Numbered from the stretch's first letter, positions 1 to 13,739 are shown. The stretch is DNA of 64,000 bases from Trichinella spiralis (GCF_000181795.1 NW_003526941.1:892618-956617); one strand, 5' to 3'. Notes: generated from the letters alone by a model not told the origin. Numbers and translations: made by a program.

Positions 1-135
1 GAAGGTGAGTTCGGGATAGGTGAAGGGTAAGTGTGTAAAGTTAGGTATAAGTGTGAAGTGAGTACTTGGATAGGTGAAGGTAAGTGGTATTAAAGGTAAG
101 TATAAGTGTGAAGGTGAGTACTGGATAGGTGATGT
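1..135. repeat. ~54 bp tandem minisatellite rich in GGT(A/G)AGT motifs (runs off the window start)
   Basis: ATAGGTGA(A/T)G recurs at ~17, ~70 and ~125, and GGTAAGT/GGTGAGT recurs within each unit. Confidence 0.75.
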
Positions 136-164
136 TTAGAATGTACACGTAAATTACAAATTTT

Positions 165-915
165 AAAAAGCCTGAGGCAATTTATTTAATAAAATATGCA
201 AATTTTTAATAGCCTATGGGTAATATGCAAATTTTTATTTGACTTCAGGCTACGCCTTAGGCTATGCCTCAGGCAAAATTCTGAAAATTTCGAATTTTTT
301 AAAATATAGCCCCAGGCTTTACCCTCAGGCTTCGCCTAAGGGCAAATAAAAATTTGCATATGCCCTAAGGCTATCCCCCAGGCAATTTATAGCACAATAT
401 TTGACCTAAGGGGAGTTTTATGCAAATTTTTAATCGCCTGGGGGTAATATGCATATTATTACTGCCCTCANNNNNNNNNNTTTTTAAAAATATTAGCCCC
501 CGGCGGCTGCCCTCTAGGTTTTGCCCCCCGGGCCAAAATAAAAATTTGCAATATGCCCTTAGGGCTCCCCCCCCAGGCAGTTATTATAGCACATATTTGA
601 CCTAAGGGGGGTTTTATGCAAATTTTTAATCGCCTGGGGGTAATATGCAAATTTTTATTGCCCTCAGGCTACGCCCGGGGCTATGCCTCAGGCAATTTTT
701 CGAAATTTTCGAAATTTTTAGAAATTTAGCCCCAGGCGTCGCCTCGGGCTATGCCCCAGGGTAAATAAAAATTTGCATATTCCCGCAGGGTACGCCGGAA
801 GCATTTTATTGCACAATATTTGCCTTCAGGGGGGATATGCAAATTTTCATTTGCTTTTAGGCTATGCCCAGGGCATTCCCTCAGGTATTTTTTCGAAAAT
901 TTTCGAATTTTCATA
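165..915. repeat. Tandem satellite of ~200-230 bp units, each internally palindromic; spans an assembly gap
   Basis: Units start ATATGCAAATTTTT at ~223, ~643 and ~836 and contain the reverse complement AAAAATTTGCA at ~348, ~540 and ~767. They carry many CCTNAGG/CCNNNGG palindromes and TTTCGAAA cores. Confidence 0.85.
471..480. other. Assembly gap (10 N)
   Basis: Run of n characters. Confidence 1.
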
Positions 916-959
916 ATTCAGCACCACCCTCCTTACTTCTGCAATTTCATACATGTCCC

Positions 960-1345
960 CCCATTGCCTCACTACTTACCTATGCTTTCCCGTACTCCTC
1001 TCAGCGTAGAGTTACGCCTCATACTTACCTTTACCTCTACGCTATCACACTTCAATCCACTTAACTGTACGATATTCTTCTTTATATACTTACCTGCAAA
1101 ACTTACCTTTTACTGCAAAACTCACCTGCACCCTACGTTATCATACTTACCTTCAGTACTTACCTGCACTCCATTTACCTGTACCTTCGAGTACCTGTAC
1201 CTTTTCATTTTACTCACCTGCACCCTACGTTATCGTACTTACCTTCAGTACTTACCTGCAGTCCATTTACCTGTACCATTTACCGCTTCGACTCTACTTA
1301 CCTGCATTACTTTATCACTTACCTTGATGCTACGTAGCAGTACTT
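960..1345. repeat. Low-complexity repeat built from ACT(T/C)ACCT motifs (reverse complement of the motif at 1-135)
   Basis: ACTCACCTGCACCCTACGTTATC(A/G)TACTTACCTTCAGTACTTACCTGCA occurs at ~1120 and ~1212 (about 92 bp period). There are many further ACTTACC copies. Confidence 0.75.
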
Positions 1346-1559
1346 TACGCTCTCTACTGCTCTTAATGAAGAATTTATAAACATGCCATGATTCTAAAAT
1401 ACATAGTTGAATTTAGTTGTCATATTACTTAATTATTAAAGAAAAAGCCATACGAATAACAGCAGCATAATAAAAACTACGATATTCGATGGAGATCATT
1501 CAAGATGCGGCTCTCGTCTTCACAGTTACGCACTAAAACTTTAAATACAATTCTACAAA

Positions 1560-2975
1560 AAATAATGTACCTTGGGTGACAAGGAAAAACAGAACCGTAG
1601 GAAACGCAATTTCTGTGCCATCGGCTGAGACTAAACAAATTTTCTGATGACGTAATCCATTGCTATCAAGAACAAAATGCTGGGATGTACAGCGACCTGT
1701 TTTATTTAACATATTCCATTGCTGTTATAATATCAAATTCCTTCTTACTATTTGTGATAAGAAAAGGCACACTGGAACAGCTAGTAAACGATATTGAAAC
1801 GCCAGGTGAACACCGGTTGGCATCAGTATGGGCTTCATGAGATGACATAATCCACAGCTATTATAAACAAAAACTACTCACTAATTTGTCATATCACATT
1901 GGAAACGCACTCACGAAAGCATACGACCATCGGGCACCAGCGCTTCTAGACTGTCTCAACGTAATCTGCTAGAATTACAATCATTTCTTTCTTACTCTTA
2001 TGATAAGTGAAACCACACTAGTACCAATGATGAACGTCACTTCGTTAACTTCAACTCAGAGTGCCATCAGAAGAAACATCGAATTCGCATGATGTTAATG
2101 TAATGCTGTCATGGATGAAATGTGCACGCTTTACGTATCCACCTGCAATCAGGAGCAAGTTAAATACTTACCTATGTTTGTGATGCCACATCTAGAACAA
2201 ACTGATGTGAACATGACTAAGCACGGTGTCCAGAGCGAAAGGAAGTTGAAAACAGTTCAGCTAATGATGTTATCTGTCATTATAGATGTTATCAAATTCA
2301 ATCCATGTAACATTCGCATCTTCCAGCTGTGTAATTAATCAAATTCAATACTTACTGATAAACGATACTATTTGTGATAAGCAAAGGCACAATGGGACGG
2401 TTAGGAAACGCCTTTTTGTCCATGTGAACAAGGGTTGCCAACGGTACAAGCTTCATGGGATAACGTAATAATCTATAGCTATTATAAACAAAAGCTACTT
2501 ACTAATTTTTGTCATATCACATTGGAAACGCACTCACGAAAGATCTATACGGGTACCAGCGCTTCTCGACTGTCTCAACGTAATCTGCTAGAATTACAAT
2601 TATTTATTTCTTTCTTACTCTTATGATAAGTGAAACCACACTAGTACCAATGATGAACGTCACTGCACCAATTTCAACTCAGAGCGCCATCAGAAGAAAT
2701 ATCGTATTCGCTTGACGTCAATGTAATGCTGCCATAGATAAAATGTGTACACTGTATGATGCAAATGCAATCAGAAGCAAATTCAATACTTACGGATGCC
2801 ACATTTAGAACGAAATGATCTGAACACGACTTATCACGGTGCCCAAAACAAATAAAACTCTATAAAAGCTCAGGTGATGACGTAATCTGTAATTATAGAT
2901 TTTACCAAATTCTACATATATCTGATCAGTCCATCGTCTTGCTATCTAACTAAACAAAGTCAATACTTACTGTTT
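1560..2975. repeat. ~621 bp tandem duplication made of four related 115-200 bp subunits (decayed exon/intron-like units on the minus strand)
   Basis: GTCATATCACATTGGAAACGCACTCACGAAAG occurs at ~1888 and ~2511, and CTTATGATAAGTGAAACCACACTAGTACCAATGATGAACGTCAC at ~1997 and ~2620. CTTAC/CTCAC motifs recur at ~1743, 1875, 1990, 2165, 2348, 2495, 2612, 2786 and 2963. Confidence 0.85.
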
Positions 2976-3399
2976 TTTGTCATACGTTTTTTGAACGCTA
3001 TGTCAGCAACTTCAACAACTTTTACCCGTCTTTACTGATAATAGATTGCGTCTGTGCATTTTCAAAATGTAGCAAGGCAAATGTAATTTTCAATTCGTAA
3101 AAGAATTGAATCAAGACCACCCAATCTATGATATCATATACATGATAATTTAATATTAATGCTGCAGTTAGAATGAAAGTAATGTGGCGCTATTGGCACT
3201 GTAACCTAAAAACTAAATTTAACAGAAAAATTCAAGTGAAAAGCAAGCCACATTTATCATGATGCATAGTTACCATATTCAGTTGGTTTTCAGGTACTGT
3301 TTGTTTCACATTCATTGATATGAATATAAAAATGTCAATTCTGAAAGTAAATTATATCACAAAATAAAAAACAAAGAGTTCCTTCTTCTTCAGCATCTG

Positions 3400-6300
3400 T
3401 TGTTCCTGAAAGTTAGCAATAACAACAATAGAAAAGAAACCCGTCAGTTTCCATTCACCATATAAGTAAAGTAACATGCATAGCATGCCACCACCAAAAT
3501 ATCAAATCCAACTTACCAGTTATTCATGGATGGTGTTGAAGAGCGCAATTATAGTTGACCACGTGCTAGATTGATAGCATTGCAGTGAACTGAATAACCT
3601 AATAAAATCGATGTGCTTAGTCAATTGTATAATAAGTAAATTATGCAAATGACTATTTACTTTGCTTCAGGAAGAATAACCTAATTTTCCATCACTAATA
3701 GCGCAGTAAAATAAACATTATGAGCAACATTATAAAACGAGACGATGAAATTTATTACGTTTTTATTTACACACTTCCTATTACTACGTAATATTGCATT
3801 GTTATGCAAATTTTTTCCCTAAAATTACCTAAAACGTAAAGTTATTAACATAAAGCATCGCAAATTACTAAAAATAAACGGAAATGTTATCACTGCGTAT
3901 TTATGTATGTTGTGGAATTTAGTTGCTTGAAAGTACAAGGTGATTCAATAATTTATATTTTATCAATGCTTTTCTTCTAATCAAAATTATAATTTTAAAT
4001 AGCTCCCACTGAAAATAGTTGCGAAAATAAAATACTTTTTCAGATTTATGGAAAATTAAACAGTTGTCATGAAATTTTGTAATATGCAGTTTATCTCAGT
4101 ACAGAAGTTAACAACTGCGCAGCGTAGACATAAAGATGGTAAGCGGCTGCTCCACGGGGTATGCAGCTTGACAGCTCACCTCCACGTTCGTTTGCGCCTT
4201 AGGATAATTTATAGCAAGACTGCAAACTTGGTTGAGCACTGCATCAACGCGCCACACAATGTGAGAAAAACCCTAATCGCAGAAATTCAGTAACTGAGCG
4301 ATTTGCAATGAATTCAAGAAACTTATGCGGGTGACATTTCTGTATTGCTTTTTATGAAAAGAATAAAACAAAAGAATCACGAGTAGCCTGGATTTTGTTA
4401 TATTGTTAGTCGATAACAATTATGAGAAATTAGATTTATGAGATAAAAACAGCTAAGTGCTGTTCATTCAACTGTAAATAGGGGGTGGGCAGAATTTTCA
4501 GTTGAATGTGATCTCTGTTCAGCTTAGTATTATTAAGGGATCAGTAATGGGGATCATTAGAAAGGAAAGGAGGGCGGGACAGCATAGCTGGAAGGAATGG
4601 GCAAGAAGTTGAAGGATGGAGGAGGTGGAAGTTGTCATATGCGTTCTTCCACTCAATCATCACGTATAATATTCAGGCGTTGTTTCATTTATCAATACTG
4701 ACAACATTGATGGGCATTGAGTTATTTTCTCAATGACAGAAATTAGGTGCATCTGTATAAGTCAGTGCTACGGGCCATACAATATCATAATAGAAACTTT
4801 AAGGAGTCATTTCAAAAATGAAGGGAACGTTACTGCCATTCTGAAAGTATGAAAGGTGGTAGTATAAAAGTAGGTTCTCTAACTAACAGCAGCTTTCCTA
4901 TGTCATGCTGAAACAATCTTGTGCACGATTTGAGCAGTGACAAGCATTTAGGGGTGCGATTGTGCGACTGCAGTATCCCGATGACAGACATTTTCTTTAA
5001 ACAATTGGGCAAATATGTTACCTTAGCAATTAACATTACAGTGGGCAGTAAAGATAATGCGGGAGGGGTTCAACTGCTATGTCAGAGTACTACTTTACAA
5101 ATGGATTTGTAAGGACGATTGAAAATTATAGCAAAATATACCATTAGTACTATTATATATTGGCTTGGCCGTAATAAAGTGTCGAATGTTAATATAACAT
5201 CATTACAGAAGAACAACGCGCTAGTTTCCATTCAAAAAGACTAAAATCAAACAACTACAAAAAGCTTAAAAAGCGCGCATGTTTAGTGCAGTGTGCCAAA
5301 AGAAAGAATGAAAGCATTGTATGAAAAATAGCAAATATATGAAAATTCATACCTGTCAGCAGACCTGTCAGGGATAGTGTAAAGCAAGCGTAGAGTCATA
5401 CATTTTGTAACTGATGTTCATGGTTTCTTCATATTTTTAGTCTCGCAATCGCAACGTAATTGTTGCAGTGAAGCATCGAAATGACCAAATAACGCAATGC
5501 AGTAAGTAAATAGACCGCCCTTCAGCAGCGAACATTTATACTATAATGGAGTTCCTTCAATAAACAGAAATTTATATAAGGAACATTGCTACCGTATTTG
5601 AATAGCACAAAGTGCACGTAGCAGAATGCCAACGGCAGTGTTTACCATCACATTAGCATAAAGTTACTCTTCTGACCTAGAAATGCATGTATGCTTTAAA
5701 AACGTATAATAATGTAATGAGCTAACAACAAAGATTATAATAATTGCTGAACAAAAACAGAATCCTGAATACGTTACAGATCAAAGCCACTATCTATCAC
5801 AAATAATATTATGGCGTAAATTAAAGAAGTATAAAATAGTTTCTTACGTATACGTAAATGGGGCTGCACTGGCACGATAATAATGTCGCAATATTGAGTA
5901 AAATTCATTCATTATTTTAAAGGAACTGATTGTTTAGTGAACATTTCAATCAGACTTTGATCAACCACTTTGAAAAGAAAAATGAATGCAAAAAACAGAA
6001 GAATGGCAAAAAATAACATTTACTTAAAACGCAAGCATAATGAATTGGTAATTTCATTTAATGCACATGCTGGATTGAAGTACTGAAAACTGTGCATCAC
6101 GGTTGTCACTTTAGTCAGTGTGGAACCGGCAATATTGTTATCTTATATGCATGGAGGAAATACAGAAGCAAATTATTAAAAATTTATAGATTTTGCACCC
6201 TGACACTTCACATCGTGCACTAATGCACATTCATTTACGATGCGATCTAGTGATGCATATCTTTGATTTCTGAAAACATGCAAATTTAGCGTGGTACTCA

Positions 6301-7210
6301 CCATAGTATAATGATTGCAAGTTCTACTTCATTTTCATCTCCCGTGTGTGAAGTATTCAGTTTCATATTATGCTAATTGTGAAGGTGAAAATGGTGAACG
6401 GAAAAGTATACTATGCTTCTTTTGTTTGTTTGAAGCTCCTTTAAAAATCAAAAGTAATGTACTACTAATAATATTTGTAAGTGAATAGTGCTAGCATAAA
6501 CCCATATAAGTTCACATTTATTATGTTTGTCAAGTTATGCGAATAGCATATATCACAAAAGTATCAGCATACATTCTCAAACATCACTTACCTTTTAAAA
6601 ATACATGACTTTCAAAAGTCGAATTATATTTCTTACATGCCACTCTTTTGTTGCATTTATTTCCAAATCATGACAATCCTGAAAGTGAATAATATTATTG
6701 TGGTCATCTCAACATAAAAACAAATATAGGTACACGTTTGGGTAAACCATCTAAAAGGAAATAATAATAATATTAATACAGATGCCGATTAATGTTCTCT
6801 CACTATAATTACAAATCAACCAAATAGCATTCATAGAAAAGTAAAGGCAACATAATATCAATCATAATTCAAAGATGGTTATGAAGTGTGGAATTATAGT
6901 TGAACACGTGCCTCTAGCTGTCGCACCGCACTAAATAACTGAACATAATAGAAATGCTCTGAAGTGGTGTTTAATAGTAAATAAATTATGCAAATAGAAA
7001 AGGACTTTGCCTCTGGTAAGAACAGGCTAATTTTATATTACTTGTAGCGTGGTAGCGTGCATATGGTGAACAATTTAATTAAATGACGAACGTCATTTGC
7101 TTTTTATTTAAATACATAATATAACGTAATATTTCTTTACGATGCCAATTTCTTTCACTGAAATATTATGAAAAGCTGAAAGACTAAATATTTCTAACAC
7201 AATCTGCAAA
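3400..7210. repeat. Old diverged duplication: ~3400-3870 vs ~6680-7210 (offset about 3.3 kb)
   Basis: AATTATAGTTGA(C/A)CACGTGC at ~3547 and ~6892; TAAATTATGCAAAT at ~3637 and ~6982; TTTTTATTTA...ACGTAATATT at ~3759-3795 and ~7101-7132. Confidence 0.65.
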
Positions 7211-8057
7211 AACTTCTAAATTAATAGAATTTAGCTAAGTGAAAGTGTATTGTCATGCAGTACATTGTATTGCATGTTTTCCTTACAATCAATATTCAAA
7301 GTGTAATGAGCAGTTTTCACCAAAAATCAACTTACAAAATATAATATCAGTTAAATACATGTTCTGAATAAAATTAATAATATATTTTAAGAAAAGTTAG
7401 CATAGAAATAATGTTCAGCTTCAATCCATTAGTAGGAGCCACAATTACTAAAAAATACCATAATAATAATTATAATTAGAAGAAGTGACAAATAAACGAT
7501 TGATACAAACAACACAATTACAAAAACAATTACGATTTTTCAAAATCATCAACAAGAAAGAATACAAGGAAATTTCAAATTCTATACATGCTTGTGATAA
7601 AGAAATGCAGAAAGTAAATGAAAGGTGAAATATCCCCTTAAACAAAACGAAATGCGACATACAGAAAAATCGCTAAATCGCTTCACTTTCATGTTCTGAT
7701 TACAGCATAAATACCATTTGAATATTTCTGAAAACATCAATAGCATTATACATTTGTATTTGAAAAATAATTAATATAGTTGTCAAAGAAGGTAAGCTTT
7801 ATTACTTCAAATATAATGGATTGAACAATACGAAAAAAATATTGAAACAGGCTAATCACTTATAAAACAAAGTGCAAAATGCTTCATTTATTAAATTTCA
7901 CGCAAATTGGGTATATATAAACAAAGTTACGGTTGCGTAAATATTCTATCAATCAAGATAAACAAACTGCCAAATTTAAAGCAGTTTATTTCAGAAGTAT
8001 CGAAATGTGTTCAACCAGACTGTGCAGAACTCTCCAATTTATCGATATGTAACCAAG

Positions 8058-11000
8058 AAAAGAATTCAAAATTTCGAAAAAATTTTTTTCACGAAAAGGT
8101 GAAAACAGCAAAGTCTATAGCTCACAAAATTTCGAAATTTTTGAAAATCCTATTTTTTTCCAAAAATAGTATCAGAATGTAAGAAAAAATTAAAAAACAA
8201 CATAAAGATTGGTCTCACGTTGGTTGATTGCGTATTTCTTGAGATACTGTAGAAAAATTGAAACAAAAATACAATTTTAATGATGGAGAAAGGAAAAGAA
8301 ATAAAATAAAAAAGTTGAAAAGATATTAGTAGAAAACTATTTTGTTAAAGTTTATCAAGAAATCCAGAATATTTTGAACAGAAACAGGTTCTTGTTTAAA
8401 TAACATTTGTTCCTGAATTTTCTTTCCATATTACAGCATACAAAGTTTCAAATTTTTCTTAACGCTATTTCCTTGATTGAATACGCTAAAGAAAGAAGAA
8501 TTAGTCAAAATAATAATATATAAATGCAATTTTATTTCAACGTGCGGTTGCTTATATTTGTAAATGTCACAATCCCTAACCAACTATTCCAACAAATTTC
8601 TGAAAATATCATCGATTACATGTTGATGAAAATTTATATACCCATAGTTTACGTATTATTGTAGTTGGTAATCAATCATGCAATAAATAAATCGTTCGTA
8701 TTTCGTGGAAACGTGCTTTTAGTGTTTTTGAACTTATAGTTTAATATCTGAGCGGTTTCGAAGCAATTCTGTTCACGGAGATATTGTTTCATCTTCAGTT
8801 GTTAGTCTAATTATGATTATTCGATTTCAAACTAATTATTATCAAAGCAAATACTATATGTAAAGCTCATTTTGTTATGTGGAATTCAAGGAGTGCTGAA
8901 AATGAGAATAAATCAAAATAGCCGCAGGTTTAATACCAATGACATGCTAATGTAATGATAAGAATCATGAACAGCATTGTAATTCATGAAATGATTAGTT
9001 TTCAAACAAAGCAAATATTTGCTAAGCATACGTTAAGACAATATAAATAATAATAATAATAATATATTCGACGTCTAAGAGAAATAACGTTTGAAATTCG
9101 TTTCATCTGATGATAATAAACAGATAAATTGGAAAAAAGTTCATATAATATTGAGCGATTAAATCAAATTTCAGCAAATTTTGAAACAACATTTGATAAC
9201 TTAATCGGATTAGACTGAAAATAACGGAAAATTGGTTTGCTGAAAACTAAAATATATTGCACGAGGATGCATTTTTGGACAGATTATAGCAGTAGAGTGC
9301 CAAGAATGGTTCATTAAGTGAATCTCACAAACTGCAGTTCAGTTTAAAGAAAGTTACCGATGGGCAACTTTCCTGTATATTAAAATAGACAAACTGTTAA
9401 GTTTGAAATCAATTTATTCCATACGTATGGAATTGTATTCAAACAGAATTTGCAGAACTCCCTGATCTTTCGATATATAAATAACTATATTCATCAAAAG
9501 AATTCAAAATTTCGAAAAAATATTTTTCACGAAAAACGCGAAAACAGCAAAGTCTATAGTCCACGAAATTTCGAAATTTTCGAAAATCCTATTTTTCTCA
9601 AAAAATAATGTGAGAATGTAGGAAAATATTAGAAAACAACAATGAGCTTGGTACCACGTTGCCTGATTGCGTATTTCTAGAGATATTGTAGAAAAACTGA
9701 AACTAAAATACAATTTTAATGATGAAGAAAGGAAAAAAATAAAATAAAAATGTTGAAAAGATATTAGTAGATAACGATTTTATTAAAGTTTATCAAAAAA
9801 TTCACAATATTTTGAACAAAAACAGGTTCTTGTTAAAATAACATTTGTTCCTGAATTTTGTTTCCATATTACAGCAACCAAAAAGTTTCAATTTTTGTTA
9901 ACGCTATTTCATTGATTGAATACACTAAAGAAAGAAGAATTAGTGAAAATAATAATATATAAATGCAATTTTATTTCAACGTGCGGTTGCTTATATTTGT
10001 AAATGTCACAATCCCTAACCAACTATTCCAACAAATTTCTGAAAATATCATCTATTACATGTTGATGAAAATTTATATACCCATAGTTTACGTATTATTG
10101 TAGTTGGTAATCAACTATGCAAGAAACAGATCGTTCGTATTTCGTGGAAACATGCTTTTAGTGTTTTTGAACTTATAAGTTAATATCTGAGCGGTTTCGA
10201 AACAATTCTGTACACGGAGATATTGTTTCATCTTCAGTTGTTAGTCTAATTATGATTATTCCATTTCGAACTAATTATTATCAAAACAAATACTATATGT
10301 AAGGCTCAGTTTGTTATGTGGAATTCACGGAGTGCTGAAAATGAGAATAAATCAAAATAGCCGCAGGTTTAGTACCAATGACATGCTAATGTAGTGATAA
10401 GAATCATGAACAGCATTGTAATTCATGAAATGATTAGTTTTCAAACAAAGCAAATATTTGCTAAGCATACGTTAAGACAATATAAATAATAATAATAATA
10501 ATAATGTATTCGACGTCTAAGAGAAATAACGTTTGAAATTCGTTTCATCTGATGATAATAAACAGATAAATTAGAAAAAAGTTCATATAATATTGAGCGA
10601 TTAAATCAAATTTCAGCAAGTTTTGAAACAACATTTGATAACTTAATCGGATTAGGCTGAAAATAACGGAAAATTGGTTTGCTGAAAACTGAAATATATT
10701 GTACAAGGATGCATTTTTGGACAAATTATAGCACTAGAATGCCAAGAATGGTTCATTAGCTGAATCTCACAGAGTTCAGTTCAGTTTAAAGAAAGTTACT
10801 GATGAGCAACTTTCCTGTGTATTAAAATAGACAAACTGTTAAGTTTAAAATCAATTTATTTCATACGTATGGAATTGTGTTCAAACAGAATTTGCAGAAC
10901 TCCCTAATCTTTCGATATATAAATAACTATATTCATCAAAAGAATTCAAAATTTCGAAAAAATATTTTTCACGAAAAACGCGAAAACAGCAAAGTCTATA

Positions 11001-11460
11001 GTCCATGAAATTTCGAAATTTTCGAAAATCCTATTTTTTTCCTAAAATTGTGTCAAAATGTAGGAAAAAATTAAAAAAGAACAATGAGGTTGGTCTCACG
11101 TTGGTTGATTGCGTATTTCTTGAGATATTATACAATAAAACGATAAAATACAATTTTAATGATGAAGAAAGGAAAAAAATAAAATAAAAAAGTTGAAAAG
11201 ATATTAGTAGAAAACGATTTTATTAAAGTTTATCAAAAAATTCACAATATTTTGAACAAAAACAGGTTCTTGTTAAAATAACATTTGTTCCTGAATTTTG
11301 TTTCCATATTACAGCATCCAAAAAGTTTCAAATTTTTGTTAACGCTATTTCCATGATTGAATACATTAGAAAAAGAAGAATTTGTCAAAATAATCATATA
11401 TAAATGCAATTTTAATCCAACCTGCTGTTGCTTATATTTGTAAATGTCACAATCCCTAAC
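8058..11460. repeat. ~1.44 kb tandem repeat, about 2.4 high-identity copies (8058-9497, 9498-10938, 10939-11460) with diverged flanking remnants
   Basis: AAAGAATTCAAAATTTCGAAAAAA at ~8059, ~9497 and ~10938; GTAAATGTCACAATCCCTAAC at ~8560, ~9999 and ~11440. No long ORF. Confidence 0.95.
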
Positions 11461-13739
11461 AAACTTGTATTTTGATTTAATTTCTATTGTGAATTACTGC
11501 TTTAAGGGTGATTTTGATCAGCTGTATTATACCATTGTAAACAGGTGGAAAATTATTTCAAATATCTACATATTTTGTGTGAATAAAGTAGAGAATCACC
11601 GATGAAGATGATAAAAAGTATAGCATTCAATGAAATGATTGTTTTCTAACAAGTGTAAGAAATGCAAGGCATATGTTGGTACAATCGGGTATTAACGAAT
11701 GTTCTGCGGGTATAATGTTTGAAATTCAATTCACGGTTTCACTGGAACACATTAATGAAAATTTAAACCGTACAACGTTTCGTTTGCACCACAGCGTTCT
11801 TTGAAACAACTTTCAACATACTAATGCTGTTGTACAAATATAGCGAGCAATTTCAATAAACGATGACTGTTATTACGGCTTTGTTTACATTTCATTATAT
11901 GCAAAGTTTTATTGGTATATAAATGTTTCGCTGAAATTACACTAAAATCTATTCTTTTGACGTTACGAAAACAACACGAACATTTCAATTTCATTAAATC
12001 CTTCTATTTCATACATAAAAGTTTGAAGTTTATTAATAGCATAAACTGACGAAAACATAAAAATGTGCTTGATGAAACAAAATCAAATAGGCATTTTTCA
12101 TTCTTAATTTAACGCTAATTAAATCAATAACTGAAAAAACGGCATTAAATTTCATGAAATGATTGCCATGAACTGTGGATTCTACAGTAATAAACACAAA
12201 GAAATGCAGGAAATAATAAGTAACATTCAAATTTTCATTTATGTTCTACTTTTGAAAATGCCTAATAATTTCAAATCGGAGAACTCAGAGGCTTCGTCAG
12301 CAGTGTCTTTCAAAATGTTTTTACTGTGATTAAAGAAATATTCAGAAATGAAAAAATACCTTTGAGTATATCGCCAAAACTGCATTGTCCTTCCTACTTT
12401 TACTTTATAGGTTTCGTCCTTAAGTCCTTACTTTCCATTTATTAAAATTATGAATATGTTTCACGTATTTCTGAAACGTATCGAATGTTAATTCTAGCTG
12501 AATATTTGTCGTGTCGTTGGTTTGTTAAACGTTATTATAGATGAAAGAAGTTTTATTTTCAATTCACAAAAGTCACAATTAACCGCTAACAGAAATGGCA
12601 AAACTGGTCATCTTCAATGTAATATATTAAAAATAAAATAAAGAAATAACTGGCAACAAATATAAATATAATTCATACTTGAAAACAGACGCCGTTAGTG
12701 ATGGAGTGTGGCGGAGATGAGGAGCAAAATTTTCCAATTTCTGTTTAATGCCAGTGACCGCATTTTCTGTCTAGTACGAATATGGTATTCGTTACAGTGA
12801 AGCTGCAAAATGTGCAAATTACGCGACGCAGTCATTGAAGCGTTCTTCATTAGCGAATACTTGTACATAAACTGCATGTCGACAATAAAGAGCGTTTTAT
12901 ATGTAAGAAACCGCCTGCGGATTTGAATGGCTCAACGTGCTTTCAGCTGAATGCCATCGGCATAGTTCACCATCAAATTATCATAAAGTTGCTTTGCTGA
13001 CCTGTAAACACGGATGTTTGTCTAGCGTAAAGTAAGGCAATGAGCTCTCGTGGCGCTTCAATGTGCGCTATTATTATTTAGTTGGATTATGATTTTGCGG
13101 CACAAGAAACGTTGAACAGTATGAGTAGTAGTTGTTCAGAAGTGAACAGCAGCTCAAAGCACTGATTTTCCATCATAAGCGGCATGCTTCACTGCTTATA
13201 ATACAAACGAAGTGTGTACTTGTATAGTCGAATTATGATGAATAAGTTGCAGCATTCGTTCTATTGAATGCTACAACTATTCGATTTTATTGCAGAAACG
13301 ATAACAAATGAAGAAAATTACACTAAAATACTGAATTTGCTGTCTACTTATGATAATATACATGACAATGAGAAATTTTGAAACAAAGATTTGAAATTTC
13401 GTGAAAAAAGATAAATTTCAATAATAGTTCATTTTCTAATTAGAAGTGTACAGTAGTGTGAAGCAAACTTATCATTACGTACTGCATTGCTTAAAATTGG
13501 CTTCTGAAATTAAAAAATTTCCAAATACTTCGAAACATCAAAAAATATGCCACTACATGGGCAACGTTATGCTAATTTCAGTAATTAAGTATTGAAAAAG
13601 TATTTTTCAAGCGAAGCACATCTGCATAACAGACGATCGGTTAGCGTAATTGCACCTAGTCTGAGTGAGCAATAAAAAATATGAAAAATTATATATTTTT
13701 ATGAATATTTAGCTCCAAAAAACGCATAACTGAAAAAAA

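Noticed and set aside
165..915. CRISPR-like palindromic repeat array
   Set aside because: Eukaryotic context, ~200+ bp degenerate units without unique spacers, and no cas genes.
1021..1100. ATACTTACCT(G) resembling the U1 snRNA 5' end
   Set aside because: It is part of a repetitive array, and no U1 stem-loops or Sm site follow.
820..1380. 186-aa ORF
   Set aside because: It is a translation of low-complexity repeat (L/T/Y/P-biased) with no domain.
12695..13260. Coding-like segment with a minus-strand acceptor near 13002
   Set aside because: Stops in all frames tried and no recognisable homology; at most a pseudogene fragment.
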